A DNA stretch of 64,000 bases from a virus: positions 18,788 through 82,787 of the IMG/VR virus record IMGVR_UViG_3300047472_000237; one strand, 5' to 3'. This document shows positions 9,648 to 20,338 of this stretch, in pieces. The notes below the pieces were generated by a model that had not been told where the DNA came from, ran no database searches, and saw nothing but the letters and a program-made list of their open reading frames with translations. How positions within the stretch are numbered: position 1 is the first letter of the stretch; each line of letters opens with the position of its first letter. The position numbers and the translations under genes are program-made.

Positions 9648-10843
9648 TGCTCTTCGTGTATCGACCAGAAACCCCGCTCCAGGAGACCCTCCGGTTCCTC
9701 ACGGACGTGCTCATCCACAAGGACGGCACGGAGCAGCGCATCTGTCTCCGCATCGCAGCCCGCACGGAGTACGCGGGCGACGTGCTCGTCGAGGACGGGC
9801 CGGAGCGCCAACGCATCGAGAACATCCTGTTCGACCAGCAGGCGAGCACGTTCGAGATCCCCGCGTGGGTGGACGGGTGCTACCTGGGCAACGCCACGGC
9901 CGCCGGTGCCACCATGCTGAACACCGACACGACCATGTCGATCTTCCGCAACGGTGCGAAGGCAATCCTCATCTCGCCCGATGACGGCACGTATGAAATC
10001 GTGACCGTTGTCGACGTCGACGGCGACCACCTGGAGACCTCGGCCACCACGCTCGACTGGCCGGCCATGACGGAGATCTACCCCATCCGGAACGCCCTGC
10101 TGACCCAGCAGGTTCGCTCGCAGCGGTGGACCAACAGCCTGACCAAATACACGTTCAACTTCGCCCTGTTGGACGACACGCAGAACCTGTACCAGTACAC
10201 CCCGGCCGCGCTCGATTTCGATGAGATCGGCTTCGGCGACGACGCGGCCAAGCTGCTGGTCGACGACCCGAACGCCGTCGAGGATCGTCTCACCGAATCG
10301 TCCGATCGTATGGTGTCGATCATCGACAACGCCACTGGCAAGTTCAGCATCTTCAGCAACTGGCCCAAGAGCCGGCGATCGTCCTCGAAGGGATTCGTCA
10401 CGACGTCTCGTCAGAAGCTGTGGGCGGCCAAGGTGTGGCTCAGCTACCTCAACGGCCGGCAGACTTCGTTCCTCCTCCCGACCTTCGCGAGCGACATCAC
10501 TCCGCTCGCTGGTCTCGTTGAGGATGCCACCACGTTGCTGGTTGCTAACGCCGGCCATTCAACGTACACTGCCCTCGGCGTCAACCCACGGAAGTACATC
10601 CGCGTGGAGCTCGCCAACGGCACCGCGACGTACCACCAGGTGACCAACGTGGTCGAGGTGAACGCGGTGCAGGAAACGATCACGGTGACGCCGGCCTGGC
10701 CGGACAGCGTGAGCCTCTCGAACATCGTGCGTATCTCCGTGGTGGAGAAGGTTCGACTTGACAGCGATGACATCACGATCACCCACGCCGACCTGAACGG
10801 CACGGCCACCATTAACATGCCCGTGAAGGCGGTACTCGAATGA
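9647..10843 (+). CDS. Distal tail / baseplate protein
   Basis: ETLRFLTDVL..GTEQRI..GRQTSFLLPTF..VRLDSDDITITH; follows tape measure. Confidence 0.7.
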   Translation: MLFVYRPETPLQETLRFLTDVLIHKDGTEQRICLRIAARTEYAGDVLVEDGPERQRIENILFDQQASTFEIPAWVDGCYLGNATAAGATMLNTDTTMSIFRNGAKAILISPDDGTYEIVTVVDVDGDHLETSATTLDWPAMTEIYPIRNALLTQQVRSQRWTNSLTKYTFNFALLDDTQNLYQYTPAALDFDEIGFGDDAAKLLVDDPNAVEDRLTESSDRMVSIIDNATGKFSIFSNWPKSRRSSSKGFVTTSRQKLWAAKVWLSYLNGRQTSFLLPTFASDITPLAGLVEDATTLLVANAGHSTYTALGVNPRKYIRVELANGTATYHQVTNVVEVNAVQETITVTPAWPDSVSLSNIVRISVVEKVRLDSDDITITHADLNGTATINMPVKAVLE

Positions 10844-11652
10844 GCTACGACGCAAGAGAATCCAGCACCGAACGCGGCTCGCCAATCGAGCTCTACGATC
10901 TCGCTCTCGGCGGGACGCAGTACCACTTCACGTCCGGCGCGGAGCCGGTCACGTACACTGCCACCGACTATGAGCCGCTCGAGATCTCGCGTGACGAGGT
11001 TCGCGTCGGCCCTGAACAACGCACGGAGGTCATGACGATTGTCATGCCGTCCGCGCACCCCTTCGCCATGTCGTACGCCCGCGTGGTCCCCGGCCAACGG
11101 GCCAGCCTGACCATCCGCCGCGTCCACCGCACCGACTCCGTCGACCAAGAGCTCATCACGCTGTTCAAGGGCATCGTCCGCTCCGTGTCGTTCAGCGACA
11201 AGGCCGGCACCGCCCGCATCGGCGTCATGCCCATCAGCGGGGCACTCGCCCGCGCCGTCCCCCGCTACACCTACAAGGGCATGTGCAACCACGTGCTCTT
11301 CGACTCCTGGTGCCAGCAGGATCCCGAGGAGTGGAACTATGTCGGCGAGGCCAGCGACGTGGACGCCAACACGTTCACCATCAGCGGCCTGACCGGCTCC
11401 AAGGGCAACGGGTGGGCGACGGGCGGCTTCGCCACCTTCAACGGCGACTACCGCCTCATCCTTCGCCAGACGAGCGACAGCATCAAGCTGCTGTTGCCGT
11501 TCAACGACGACATCGATGGTGAGGATGTCACGATCTACACCGGCTGTGACCACTCCTTCAACGTGTGCGGAGACAAGTTCGCTAACACGATCAACTTCGG
11601 TGGCTTCCCCTTCGTCCCGACCAAGAACCCCTTCCAAAGCGGACTGAAATAA
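10840..11652 (+). CDS. DUF2163/BR0599-family tail protein
   Basis: CNHVLFDSWC..GCDHSFNVCGDKFANTINFGGFPFVP Cys motif. Confidence 0.88.
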   Translation: MSYDARESSTERGSPIELYDLALGGTQYHFTSGAEPVTYTATDYEPLEISRDEVRVGPEQRTEVMTIVMPSAHPFAMSYARVVPGQRASLTIRRVHRTDSVDQELITLFKGIVRSVSFSDKAGTARIGVMPISGALARAVPRYTYKGMCNHVLFDSWCQQDPEEWNYVGEASDVDANTFTISGLTGSKGNGWATGGFATFNGDYRLILRQTSDSIKLLLPFNDDIDGEDVTIYTGCDHSFNVCGDKFANTINFGGFPFVPTKNPFQSGLK

Positions 11653-11653
11653 C

Positions 11654-14600
11654 ATGTTTGAATTCCTGTTCATGGTGGTGCTGACAGCGATCTTGACGGT
11701 CGTGGCGGAGCTCATTCGCCCCAAGCCGAAGATCGAAAACGCTCGCCCCGCGCACCTCGGCGACTTCTCCTTCCCGACCGCCACCGAAGGCCGCGTCGTC
11801 CCGCTCGTCTGGGGCACCGTCCGCATCGACGGGCCGAACGTGGTGTGGTACGGCAACCTCGAGAACGAGCCGATCAAGAAGAAGGTCAAGACGGGAATGT
11901 TCTCGTCCAAGAAGGTTGTCACCGGCTATCAGTACTCTGTCGGCATGCAGTTCGCCCTGTGCCGTGGCGACGTTGACTTCCTCTCCAAGATTTGGATCGG
12001 TGAGGTCTCCGCCTGGGAGGGCGTGCTCGGCGAGTCGTTCGTCGAGATCGAAGATGAGAACTTCTTCGGCGGCAAGCTCGACAACGGCGGCATCGATGGC
12101 AAGTTCTCCTTCTACCTCGGATCGCGCGAGCAGCTGCCGTCCGCCTACCTGGGCCAGACGCCGCCGGACTATCTCTGGTTCGACGACTTCTCGGCCAACG
12201 GTGGCGACCCGCTGAACGAGTACAAGGGCAGTGACGCCGGCGCTCACTACTTCGTCGCCAACAAGGGACAGGTCGGTGCTCCGACCGGCGGCGACACCAA
12301 TGACGACAGCGACGTCATGCGTGTGCTCGAACACACGGTGGCGGAAGACGCTCTGCCCTCTCCGAGCAACGAGGCGAAGGTTCGCAGCACGTACGGCGGC
12401 ACGGCCCCCGGCGACCTGAACCGCTACATGGCGCTCCTCCTGCACCCTGAGCGGCCCCGCCTCGGCGACAACGTCAAGGCCGTGATGACCTTCATCCCGA
12501 AGGCCGCCGGCGCGTTCGACTTCGCCGCCCACGGCCTCTGGCTCACGGTCAAGTGCGAAGACCAAGGCTCCCACAACAGCAACTATCACGTCGCTGTGAA
12601 CGTGGACGACAGCACGGTCAACCTGCACCTGTTCGCCCCTGGCATGGCGAACTCCGTCATCCTCGACACGGCCACCGCTGTCGGCGGCGACTTCACCATC
12701 ATGACGGGCAAGCACTCCATCGAACTTCGCGTCGAAGGTGACCGCGCTCGCGTGTTCCTCGACGGCATCAACATCATCGATGAGACCGACAGTCGCATCC
12801 TGGACATCCCGGAGAACTACTGCGGCGTGTGCGTCGGCATCGAAGGCAACCTGAACGTCGAGTTCTTCTCGTCCAACGACTGGTCAGCGGCGGGCATCTA
12901 CTCGCTCGCCGTGGACAGCACCACTCGCAAGCTGGAGTCGTCCGTCCCCGCGTACCGTGGCACGTGCTACGGTGTGTGGGAGGGCGGTTACATCGGGAAC
13001 AGCAGCCAGATCCAGCCCTGGGCATTCGAGCTTCGACGCTGCCCGAACCCGCTGGCCCTGACCAGCAATCGACACATCGTCAACGGATTCGACTGCAACC
13101 CGATGAACATGCTGTACGAGATCCTGCTTGATCCGGATTGGGGCCTTGCCCAGCTGAGCTCGGACATCGACGTCGACAACTTCCGCGAAGCGGCCTACAC
13201 CCTGTTCGACGAGGGCAACGGCATCTCGATGAACATCGACGACGCCCTGGAGTGCTCGGAGCTCATCCGCGAGATCGAACGTCAGGTCGACGGTATCTTG
13301 TTCGTCAACCGCACCACCGGCAAGTGGCAGATCACGCTGGCTCGCGGCGGCTACGAACTCGAAGACCTCACGTCCATCAATGAGACGAACACGGTCGAGG
13401 TCAAGGAGTTCACCCGTGGTGCGTGGGAAGAAACCACGAACAACATCAACGTGGAGTTCGCCAACCGCACCAACGAGTACAAGGTCACGTATGCGACGGC
13501 CCAGGACTCGGCGAACATCCGGATCCAGGCGAACACGATGGTGTCCGTCACCGCCAAGTACCCTGGCGTCAAGAGCCGCGCCCTCGCGAACCAACTCGCG
13601 TGGCGTGACCTGCGGACGCTCGCGTACCCCATCGCCAAGTGCACTGTCCTCGTCGACCGCACCTTCCACAGCCGCAACCCCGGCGACCTGGTCCGCGTCA
13701 CGATCACGAGCAAGGACATCGTGGATCTGCCGATGCGGATCACCCGCATGGACCTCGGCCGGCTCGACGACGGCGTCATCGAGCTCAACCTGATCCAGGA
13801 CACGTTCGGCTACGACCTCCCGTCGTTCGCCGACCCCGACAACACGCAGTGGCTGCTCCCCGGCGACACGGCCCCGCAGAACATCGAGACGGCCGACCGC
13901 GTCGTGTTCGAGGCCCCGCTCAAGTTCCTGCCGTTCGCAGACGAGAACCCTGGCGTGCCCGACCGCGTCTGGATCGGCGCTCGCTCGGCTGGCGGCGGTG
14001 GGGCCGGCTTCGCCCTGGCGGGCCGCCAAGGCTCCGACCCGTACGCCGAGTGCGGTGAGGTGGCCGGCTACCTCGTCCGTGGCAAGCTCAAGAACGCCGT
14101 CTCCGGCGGCACCACGCAGGGCACCGACACGCTGGTCATCGAGACCGACGGCGGCGACACCCTGCTCGCCATCAGCAAGCAACTCGAGTCGCACACTTCC
14201 AAGGAAGTCGGCACGAGCCTGTTCAACCTTCTGCTCATCGACAACGAGTTCGTGGCCCACACCGGCTACACGCTCGGCTCCGGCATCATCACGCTGACTG
14301 GCGTCTACCGTGGCATGCTGGATACCGTCCCGGCCGCCCACGCGGTCGGTGCCAAGGTCTGGTTCTTGTCGACGTCGGGCAACCTGACCGACCTGGCATG
14401 GACGCCCGGCGCGACGGTGCAGATCCGCCCGCTGCCACAGAACCTCAAGGGCGAGCTCGACGTGTCGCTCGCCACGCCGTCCAACGTGCTGATGAACAAC
14501 CGCGTTCGCCGGCCGTACCCGCCGACGAACTTCAAGCTCGACGGTGTGCCGTATCCGGAGACGATGAACCTCGACTCGCTGCCGGCCGAAGACATCCAAG

Positions 14601-15757
14601 GCTGGCACGACGCCAACCTCGGTGGCACGTACACTCCGGACACGCCGGACTACTTCGAGTCAGCGGGCATCCAGGAAGTCGGCATGAAGTTCGACGTGCT
14701 GTCGAACGGCTACGTCCTCGCCGCCCGCTGGTTCCGCACGAACACCAACCAGACGGGCACGTTCACGGCCAACCTGTGGAACAAGGACACGGCCACGCTG
14801 CTCGCCACGAAGACGTTCCCAACGCCGACCGGACTCGGCGCTCAATACGCCTACTTCGACCTGCCCGTCCCCGTCACGGTCGGTGTGAACTACATCATCA
14901 GCTACAGCAACCCGTCGCAGCACCTGTCGCTGAACGGCATCAACTTCTTCAACGCGGCGACCCGTGGTCAGTTGCACCACCCCGGCTACGGCTCGACGCG
15001 TAGTGCAGCCGGCTCGACGGGCACCATTCCGACGTCCGACGAATACAACGACTTCGGCATCGACCCGATCATCTTCTTCGGCACGGTCGGCCTGCTCGAC
15101 GCCCCCGGCGCTGAGGCGTCCTACACCCGCCGCGACTACCGCAACACCAACGAGGTCAACGCCCTGCTCAACGAGTCGAGCCTGGCCGCCGACTTCCCAA
15201 CGGCCAACACAACCGAGTGGGCCGTCGACGTCCGCATCGACCCGGATACGACGAACACCCTGCTGTACACGGTGCCGTTCGCGAACCAGTCATCGGCGTT
15301 CCTCAGCCGCACGAAGATCCTCCGCTACGCCAACGGCGTGCCGGCTCGACTCCGCGTTGCTGTCCGCACGCAGCACACGCTCGACGCCACCGTCCGCGCG
15401 GCCACGCAGTTCCTTCAGTGGGACTTCGACACAGAGTCCACGTTGAGCCTCCAGACCTTCCTGGGCGTCAAGGCAGTCAACGTGGCGTCTACCGGGTATG
15501 TCGCTGTGACGACTGGGACGTTTACCCTTATGATCGGGTCAGCGTTGACCACCGGCGCGGTCGAAGTAGAATTGAACGGCTCGGCGACCTGGACTCCGGT
15601 CATCGCGGCGACCGCGACCAGCGGGACGTTCTCCGTGACGGCCGCCGACTCGATCAAGGTGCGACACACCCAGACGGGTGCAAACACCAGCGAGACGCTC
15701 TTCCAGATCGTGGACGACAGTGACGTTCCGGTTGCTTACGGAGTGCTTACTTATTGA
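11654..15757 (+). CDS. Tail tip / host-specificity protein with inserted carbohydrate-binding-like domains
   Basis: FSFPTATEGRVVPLVWGTV, PAYRG, NPMNMLYEILLDPDWGL, RGMLDTVPAAH; DUF4082-like segment EVGMKF..TANLW..LLAT..PVPVTVGVNYIISY. Confidence 0.85.
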   Translation: MFEFLFMVVLTAILTVVAELIRPKPKIENARPAHLGDFSFPTATEGRVVPLVWGTVRIDGPNVVWYGNLENEPIKKKVKTGMFSSKKVVTGYQYSVGMQFALCRGDVDFLSKIWIGEVSAWEGVLGESFVEIEDENFFGGKLDNGGIDGKFSFYLGSREQLPSAYLGQTPPDYLWFDDFSANGGDPLNEYKGSDAGAHYFVANKGQVGAPTGGDTNDDSDVMRVLEHTVAEDALPSPSNEAKVRSTYGGTAPGDLNRYMALLLHPERPRLGDNVKAVMTFIPKAAGAFDFAAHGLWLTVKCEDQGSHNSNYHVAVNVDDSTVNLHLFAPGMANSVILDTATAVGGDFTIMTGKHSIELRVEGDRARVFLDGINIIDETDSRILDIPENYCGVCVGIEGNLNVEFFSSNDWSAAGIYSLAVDSTTRKLESSVPAYRGTCYGVWEGGYIGNSSQIQPWAFELRRCPNPLALTSNRHIVNGFDCNPMNMLYEILLDPDWGLAQLSSDIDVDNFREAAYTLFDEGNGISMNIDDALECSELIREIERQVDGILFVNRTTGKWQITLARGGYELEDLTSINETNTVEVKEFTRGAWEETTNNINVEFANRTNEYKVTYATAQDSANIRIQANTMVSVTAKYPGVKSRALANQLAWRDLRTLAYPIAKCTVLVDRTFHSRNPGDLVRVTITSKDIVDLPMRITRMDLGRLDDGVIELNLIQDTFGYDLPSFADPDNTQWLLPGDTAPQNIETADRVVFEAPLKFLPFADENPGVPDRVWIGARSAGGGGAGFALAGRQGSDPYAECGEVAGYLVRGKLKNAVSGGTTQGTDTLVIETDGGDTLLAISKQLESHTSKEVGTSLFNLLLIDNEFVAHTGYTLGSGIITLTGVYRGMLDTVPAAHAVGAKVWFLSTSGNLTDLAWTPGATVQIRPLPQNLKGELDVSLATPSNVLMNNRVRRPYPPTNFKLDGVPYPETMNLDSLPAEDIQGWHDANLGGTYTPDTPDYFESAGIQEVGMKFDVLSNGYVLAARWFRTNTNQTGTFTANLWNKDTATLLATKTFPTPTGLGAQYAYFDLPVPVTVGVNYIISYSNPSQHLSLNGINFFNAATRGQLHHPGYGSTRSAAGSTGTIPTSDEYNDFGIDPIIFFGTVGLLDAPGAEASYTRRDYRNTNEVNALLNESSLAADFPTANTTEWAVDVRIDPDTTNTLLYTVPFANQSSAFLSRTKILRYANGVPARLRVAVRTQHTLDATVRAATQFLQWDFDTESTLSLQTFLGVKAVNVASTGYVAVTTGTFTLMIGSALTTGAVEVELNGSATWTPVIAATATSGTFSVTAADSIKVRHTQTGANTSETLFQIVDDSDVPVAYGVLTY

Positions 15758-15851
15758 AGATGTGGTTGGCGCAAGGGTGAATTTTTCGTACAATTCAACG
15801 CGTCCGATTCGACCCCTATTGTCGAGGTAAGAAACAGAAAGTACGACCGTC

Positions 15852-16442
15852 ATGGATGAACAACCCACCAGCCTCTGGCGAATCGTACTGGCGGGATTGT
15901 TCTCCACGTCTGTCCTCGGTGCAGTCGTCAAGGGCGCGTTCGACTTCCTGACCCGCCGCGCCAAGAACAAGGCGGCCCAGGCGATCGAAACCGCCACGCA
16001 GGTGTACGCGGTCCTGAACGATGCCGAGTACCGCGCCAAGGCTTCTCGCATTGTCCTCACGGCCGCCCACAACTGCGGCGGCCCCATCCGGCCCGACGTG
16101 GTCCTGTCCTCGACGGCCCTCTACGAAGTCGTCTCCGGCGTCGAGCCGCGTCTCGAGCGACTCGCCAACGTACGCCTGGACCAGTGGCACGTCTCGCTCC
16201 TGGCCCGCATCGTCAAGGAAGACTTCGTGTGGATCAAGACCTCCGACATTCCGGTCGGCAATCTGATCCGCACCATCCTGACGATCGATGGGATCCAGGA
16301 AACGTGCTTCTTCCTCATCCGCACGGATGGCACCCGAATCCTCTACGGCGCGGTGGACTTCGTAACCACCCCGGCGTCTAACCCGCAGGCAGACGAGGCC
16401 CTTCGAACACTCCAGTCGAGCCTCGCAGCCCTGCTCAAGTGA
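15852..16442 (+). CDS. Single-TM membrane protein, possible holin-like
   Basis: N-terminal hydrophobic helix (LWRIVLAGLFSTSVLGAVV) plus globular C-terminal domain; promoter TTGGCG-17-TACAAT at 15766-15794. Confidence 0.4.
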   Translation: MDEQPTSLWRIVLAGLFSTSVLGAVVKGAFDFLTRRAKNKAAQAIETATQVYAVLNDAEYRAKASRIVLTAAHNCGGPIRPDVVLSSTALYEVVSGVEPRLERLANVRLDQWHVSLLARIVKEDFVWIKTSDIPVGNLIRTILTIDGIQETCFFLIRTDGTRILYGAVDFVTTPASNPQADEALRTLQSSLAALLK

Positions 16443-16452
16443 ACGGATCCAC

Positions 16453-18051
16453 ATGCGTCAGAAAGTGATCGAGGCGTACGAACGCAATGGTGGCAACACC
16501 AGCGCGGCGGCCCGCGAGCTCGGCATCCCCCGCTCCACGGCTCAGTACCACGTCTCCGAGGCCGGCCTGAACAAGGCCAAGCCGCTCACCGGCGGCAGCC
16601 TCCTGGGCGTCTCGACGCTCCCTGCTGAGCTCCCTCCGGCCGGCCAGGTCAAGGTGTACATCGTCACGTCCGCGCAGAACAACACCAAGCTCAATGAGCG
16701 GGTGTGGGCCAGCCTGTTGGCACTCGCGGAACACTACGAAGCAGAGATTCTAGTCGGCACGTACAGCTACAACAAGAACGCATTCGGCAAAATGTCGGTG
16801 AAGCGTGGCACCGCGTCGCACGACACGACGCTGTGGTACGACAAGCGCATCGAGCCGTACACGTCAGACGTCCGGCGCGAGCTCGCCAACGGCCTGGTGT
16901 GGTGCGGCGAGATGAACATCCAGCCCACCGCCGAGGATCCGCTCAGCGGCCTGGAGACGTACTCGTCCCGCGACTCCGCCATCTTCCCGCACGCCAAGAT
17001 GGCTCTGCGTTCTATCGCGGCCATGGCCGGGGCCGGGGTCAAGTTCAACTACACGACGGGCACGGTCACCCAACGCAACTACATCCAGAAGAAGGCCGGC
17101 CTGAAGGGGGAACACCACCACATCTACGGTGCCCTCATCGTTGAAGTCAACTCCAAGGGCAACTGGTGGGTGCGTCAGCTTGACGCGGACGACAAGGGCC
17201 GCATCCAGGATCTGACCGTGCTCGCCGATGGCGACAAAGTCACCACGAACAACCGCGTCGAGGCGATCACGTGGGGCGACCTCCACGCGACCACGATCGA
17301 TGTGGCCGTCCTCAACACCGCCCTGGGCGACGGCGGCATGCTCGACTCCCTTCGGCCCAGGTACCAGTTCGTCCACGACCTTCTCGAGGGCGTGTCGATC
17401 AACCACCATGCGGCGAAGGATCCACACGAACAGTTCAAGGCGTTCCTGCGAGGCTTCGACAGCGTGGAGGCCGAACTCCGCTGTACCGCCAACACGCTCG
17501 GGGCGTTCACTCGCAAGGGCGTCACGACCGTTGTCGTCGACTCGAACCACGACAACTGGCTGAGCAAGTGGCTGAAGGAACACGACTACCGCCGCGACCC
17601 ACGCAACGCGATGCTGTTCCTCGAGGCCCAGCTGGCCACGTTCACGGCGCTCCAGAACGGCAACAAGCGTTTCAACATCACCGAGTGGGCCATCCTCCAC
17701 GATCGTGTCAAGAAAGCGACACACCGCCAGCTTGGTGAAGTCAAGTTCCTCCTGACCGACGACTCCTTCACCATCTGCGACGGGCGGATCGAATGCGGCA
17801 TGCACGGACATCTCGGCCCCAACGGATCACGCGGCACTCCCGCCAACCTCAACAAGGTCGGACGCCGCGCCAACACCGGCCACACCCACGCGGCGACCAT
17901 CCTCAACGGTCTGTACGTGGCGGGAACGAGCACCACGCTCAACATGGGATACAATCGCGGCCCTTCGTCATGGAGCCACTCCCACATCGTCACCTATCCG
18001 AATGGTAAGCGTTCGATCGTGACGATCTTCGCCGGTCAGTGGCGAGCTTGA
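16453..18051 (+). CDS. HTH + calcineurin-like metallophosphoesterase
   Basis: N-terminal GGNTSAAARELGIPRST HTH; motifs WGDLH, HDLLEG, SNHD, HGH, GHTH. Confidence 0.7.
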   Translation: MRQKVIEAYERNGGNTSAAARELGIPRSTAQYHVSEAGLNKAKPLTGGSLLGVSTLPAELPPAGQVKVYIVTSAQNNTKLNERVWASLLALAEHYEAEILVGTYSYNKNAFGKMSVKRGTASHDTTLWYDKRIEPYTSDVRRELANGLVWCGEMNIQPTAEDPLSGLETYSSRDSAIFPHAKMALRSIAAMAGAGVKFNYTTGTVTQRNYIQKKAGLKGEHHHIYGALIVEVNSKGNWWVRQLDADDKGRIQDLTVLADGDKVTTNNRVEAITWGDLHATTIDVAVLNTALGDGGMLDSLRPRYQFVHDLLEGVSINHHAAKDPHEQFKAFLRGFDSVEAELRCTANTLGAFTRKGVTTVVVDSNHDNWLSKWLKEHDYRRDPRNAMLFLEAQLATFTALQNGNKRFNITEWAILHDRVKKATHRQLGEVKFLLTDDSFTICDGRIECGMHGHLGPNGSRGTPANLNKVGRRANTGHTHAATILNGLYVAGTSTTLNMGYNRGPSSWSHSHIVTYPNGKRSIVTIFAGQWRA

Positions 18052-18053
18052 GC

Positions 18054-18082
18054 TTGCTGGATCTTCAACGGCCGGTTACACT
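18054..18082 (+). promoter_or_regulatory. Sigma-70-like promoter
   Basis: TTGCTG-17-TACACT, 9 nt before helicase ATG. Confidence 0.6.
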
Positions 18083-18091
18083 TCACTCCCC

Positions 18092-19627
18092 ATGACGCCT
18101 GACGACTTCAAGAAGCCGCCGTTCCCGCACCAGTTGTCCGAGTTCAACGGGCACAAGGACGACATTTCACGCGGACTGCTCTGGGAAATGGGCACCGGCA
18201 AGTCGAAGGAGACCATCGACCAGTCGGCTCACCTCATCGACGAAGGCAAGGTCGACTGCATCCTCGTCGTGGCCCCGGACGGCGTCCACCGCAATTGGGT
18301 GACGGACGAGATGCCATCGCACATGCCCGACAGGCTCCTGAAGCAGATGAAGATGTTCTGCTATCAGACCGACAAGGCCGCGACCAAGTGGCACCAGGCC
18401 GACGCCGAGGCGGTCCTCGCCCACCCTGGGCCGATCCTCATCGCCATGACCTACGACTCCGTGGTCACGGACGCCATCACGAAGAAGTGCCCCAACTCCG
18501 GCCGCCGCCTGACCATCTGGCGCGGCGGCAAGGCGTACCTGTGGGACATCCTCAAGAGCCGCAAGGTCATGTATGTCGCGGACGAGGCACGACGCATCAA
18601 GACCCCGACCGCAGACCGCACGAAGGTTGTAGTCAAGTCCTCCCCCTTCGCCAAGTACCGCCGTCTGCTGAACGGCACGCCAGTCCCCAACGGCCCGTTC
18701 GACCTGTTCAGCCAGATGCTGTTCCTTGACCCGAACTTCTGGCGGCCCCACGGCTGCTCCACGTTCGGTGCGTACAAGCAGATGTTCGGCACGTTCATCA
18801 CGAGCCATGTCCGCGATGCGAACGGCAACGTGCGGCCGTTCCAGCAGCTGGTGGCGTACCGCAACCTCGACCTGCTCCAGAAGATTCTCGGCACCATCTG
18901 CTCGCGTGTGACCAAGGACGAAGTCCTGAACCTCCCGCCGAAGCTGTACAGCCGCGCGACGTTCCAGATGACCGCCGCTCAGGAGAAGATCTACTCCGCC
19001 CTCCGGGACGAGTATCTCGCCGTGCTCGACGACGGCAGCCTGGTCACGGCCCCGCTGACCATCACGCGGATGCTCCGCTTCCAGCAGGTCACGAGCGGCT
19101 TCGTGCCGGTCACGCAGGTCGACGCGGACGCAGAGCCGATCCACGACATCGGGACGTCGAACCCGCGTCTCGAGCTCCTGGGCCAGATCATCGAGGACAT
19201 CCCCCACGGCTGCATCATCTGGGGCCGCTTCAACCGCACCATCGACAAGATCATGGAAATGCTCGGCGACCGCGCCGTGCGGTACGACGGCCAGGTCTCC
19301 AGCGACGACCGCGCCGAGGCCAAGCGGAAGTTCCAGGCGGGTGAAGCCCAGTTCTTCGTGGCGAAGGCCCAGAGTGCAGGCGAGGGTCTGACGCTGACCA
19401 AGGCCCGCACGGTCATCTACGTCGAGAACACCTTCGACCTGGCGATGCGACAGCAGTCGGAAGACCGCGCCCACCGCATCGGCCAGGAGCACCCGGTCAA
19501 CTACATCGACATCATCGCCGAGAACACGGTCGACGACCATATCGTGAAGGCCCTTCTCGACAAGTTCGATGTCGCCAACCAGATCACTGGCGACAAGGTC
19601 AAGCAGTGGCTCCAGTCCGTTGAATAG
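18092..19627 (+). CDS. SNF2-family (SF2) helicase
   Basis: EMGTGKS, ADEARRIK, LNGTP, GEGLTL, QSEDRAHRIGQ. Confidence 0.92.
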   Translation: MTPDDFKKPPFPHQLSEFNGHKDDISRGLLWEMGTGKSKETIDQSAHLIDEGKVDCILVVAPDGVHRNWVTDEMPSHMPDRLLKQMKMFCYQTDKAATKWHQADAEAVLAHPGPILIAMTYDSVVTDAITKKCPNSGRRLTIWRGGKAYLWDILKSRKVMYVADEARRIKTPTADRTKVVVKSSPFAKYRRLLNGTPVPNGPFDLFSQMLFLDPNFWRPHGCSTFGAYKQMFGTFITSHVRDANGNVRPFQQLVAYRNLDLLQKILGTICSRVTKDEVLNLPPKLYSRATFQMTAAQEKIYSALRDEYLAVLDDGSLVTAPLTITRMLRFQQVTSGFVPVTQVDADAEPIHDIGTSNPRLELLGQIIEDIPHGCIIWGRFNRTIDKIMEMLGDRAVRYDGQVSSDDRAEAKRKFQAGEAQFFVAKAQSAGEGLTLTKARTVIYVENTFDLAMRQQSEDRAHRIGQEHPVNYIDIIAENTVDDHIVKALLDKFDVANQITGDKVKQWLQSVE

Positions 19628-19669
19628 TGCTTGCTTTCTTCGCTCAACCCCTAGAGAATTGGTCCTTCA

Positions 19670-20242
19670 ATGACTGACCCAAACGCATACGCCGGCTTCA
19701 CGGACGCTCCCGTCATCGCCGAAGGCCCGGCCGCCAACGTCAACCGGCTGATCGAAGAGCTCAACCAGCACGAGGCGGACGCTGAGAAGCACGCCAACGC
19801 CCTGAAGACTTCGCAGGAGCACATCCGCCGCATCCTGGAGCGCGAGCTCCCGGAGCAGATCGAAGCCATGGGTGTCGTCGAGTTCAAGACGGCCGAGGGC
19901 CTCAAGGTCGAGATCAAGGAAGATGTCCAAGCGGGCATCAGCGAGGCCAATCGTGGCACCGCGTTCAAGTGGCTCGAGGACAACGGCCACGCCGGCCTGA
20001 TCAAGCGCAACGTCCACGTCGCGTTCAACAAGGGCCAGGAGCAGGAGGCACGAGACCTCATCGCCGAGCTCACGCCCCGCTTCGCCGCTGTGTCCGAAGA
20101 CCAGAAGGTGCACCCGTCGACGCTGAAGGCGTTCGTCAAGGAACAGCTGACCGCCGGCATCGACATCCCGATCGAGCCGTTCGGTATCTTCAAGCAGAAG
20201 ACGGCAAAGATCACGCAGGTCAAGGGCAAGAGCAAGAAATAA
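19670..20242 (+). CDS. Conserved phage protein of the replication module
   Basis: AFKWLEDNGHAGLIK..VHPSTLKAFVKEQL; promoter TTGCTT-17-GAGAAT at 19631-19659. Confidence 0.6.
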   Translation: MTDPNAYAGFTDAPVIAEGPAANVNRLIEELNQHEADAEKHANALKTSQEHIRRILERELPEQIEAMGVVEFKTAEGLKVEIKEDVQAGISEANRGTAFKWLEDNGHAGLIKRNVHVAFNKGQEQEARDLIAELTPRFAAVSEDQKVHPSTLKAFVKEQLTAGIDIPIEPFGIFKQKTAKITQVKGKSKK

Positions 20243-20338
20243 CGAAACAAAAACGGTTGCCGGCCCACCGTGAAGGGCCGGCGTCTATTGGTGGGGTGAC
20301 GTTAATCAGCCTGCCAGACCCTGTCTCGGAGATCTGTT

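Noticed and set aside
813-15723. Long minus-strand ORFs (e.g. 813-3515, 6294-9584, 12884-14608; likewise 23535-25934, 33553-35838)
   Set aside because: Antisense shadows of high-GC3 plus-strand genes; no recognisable motifs
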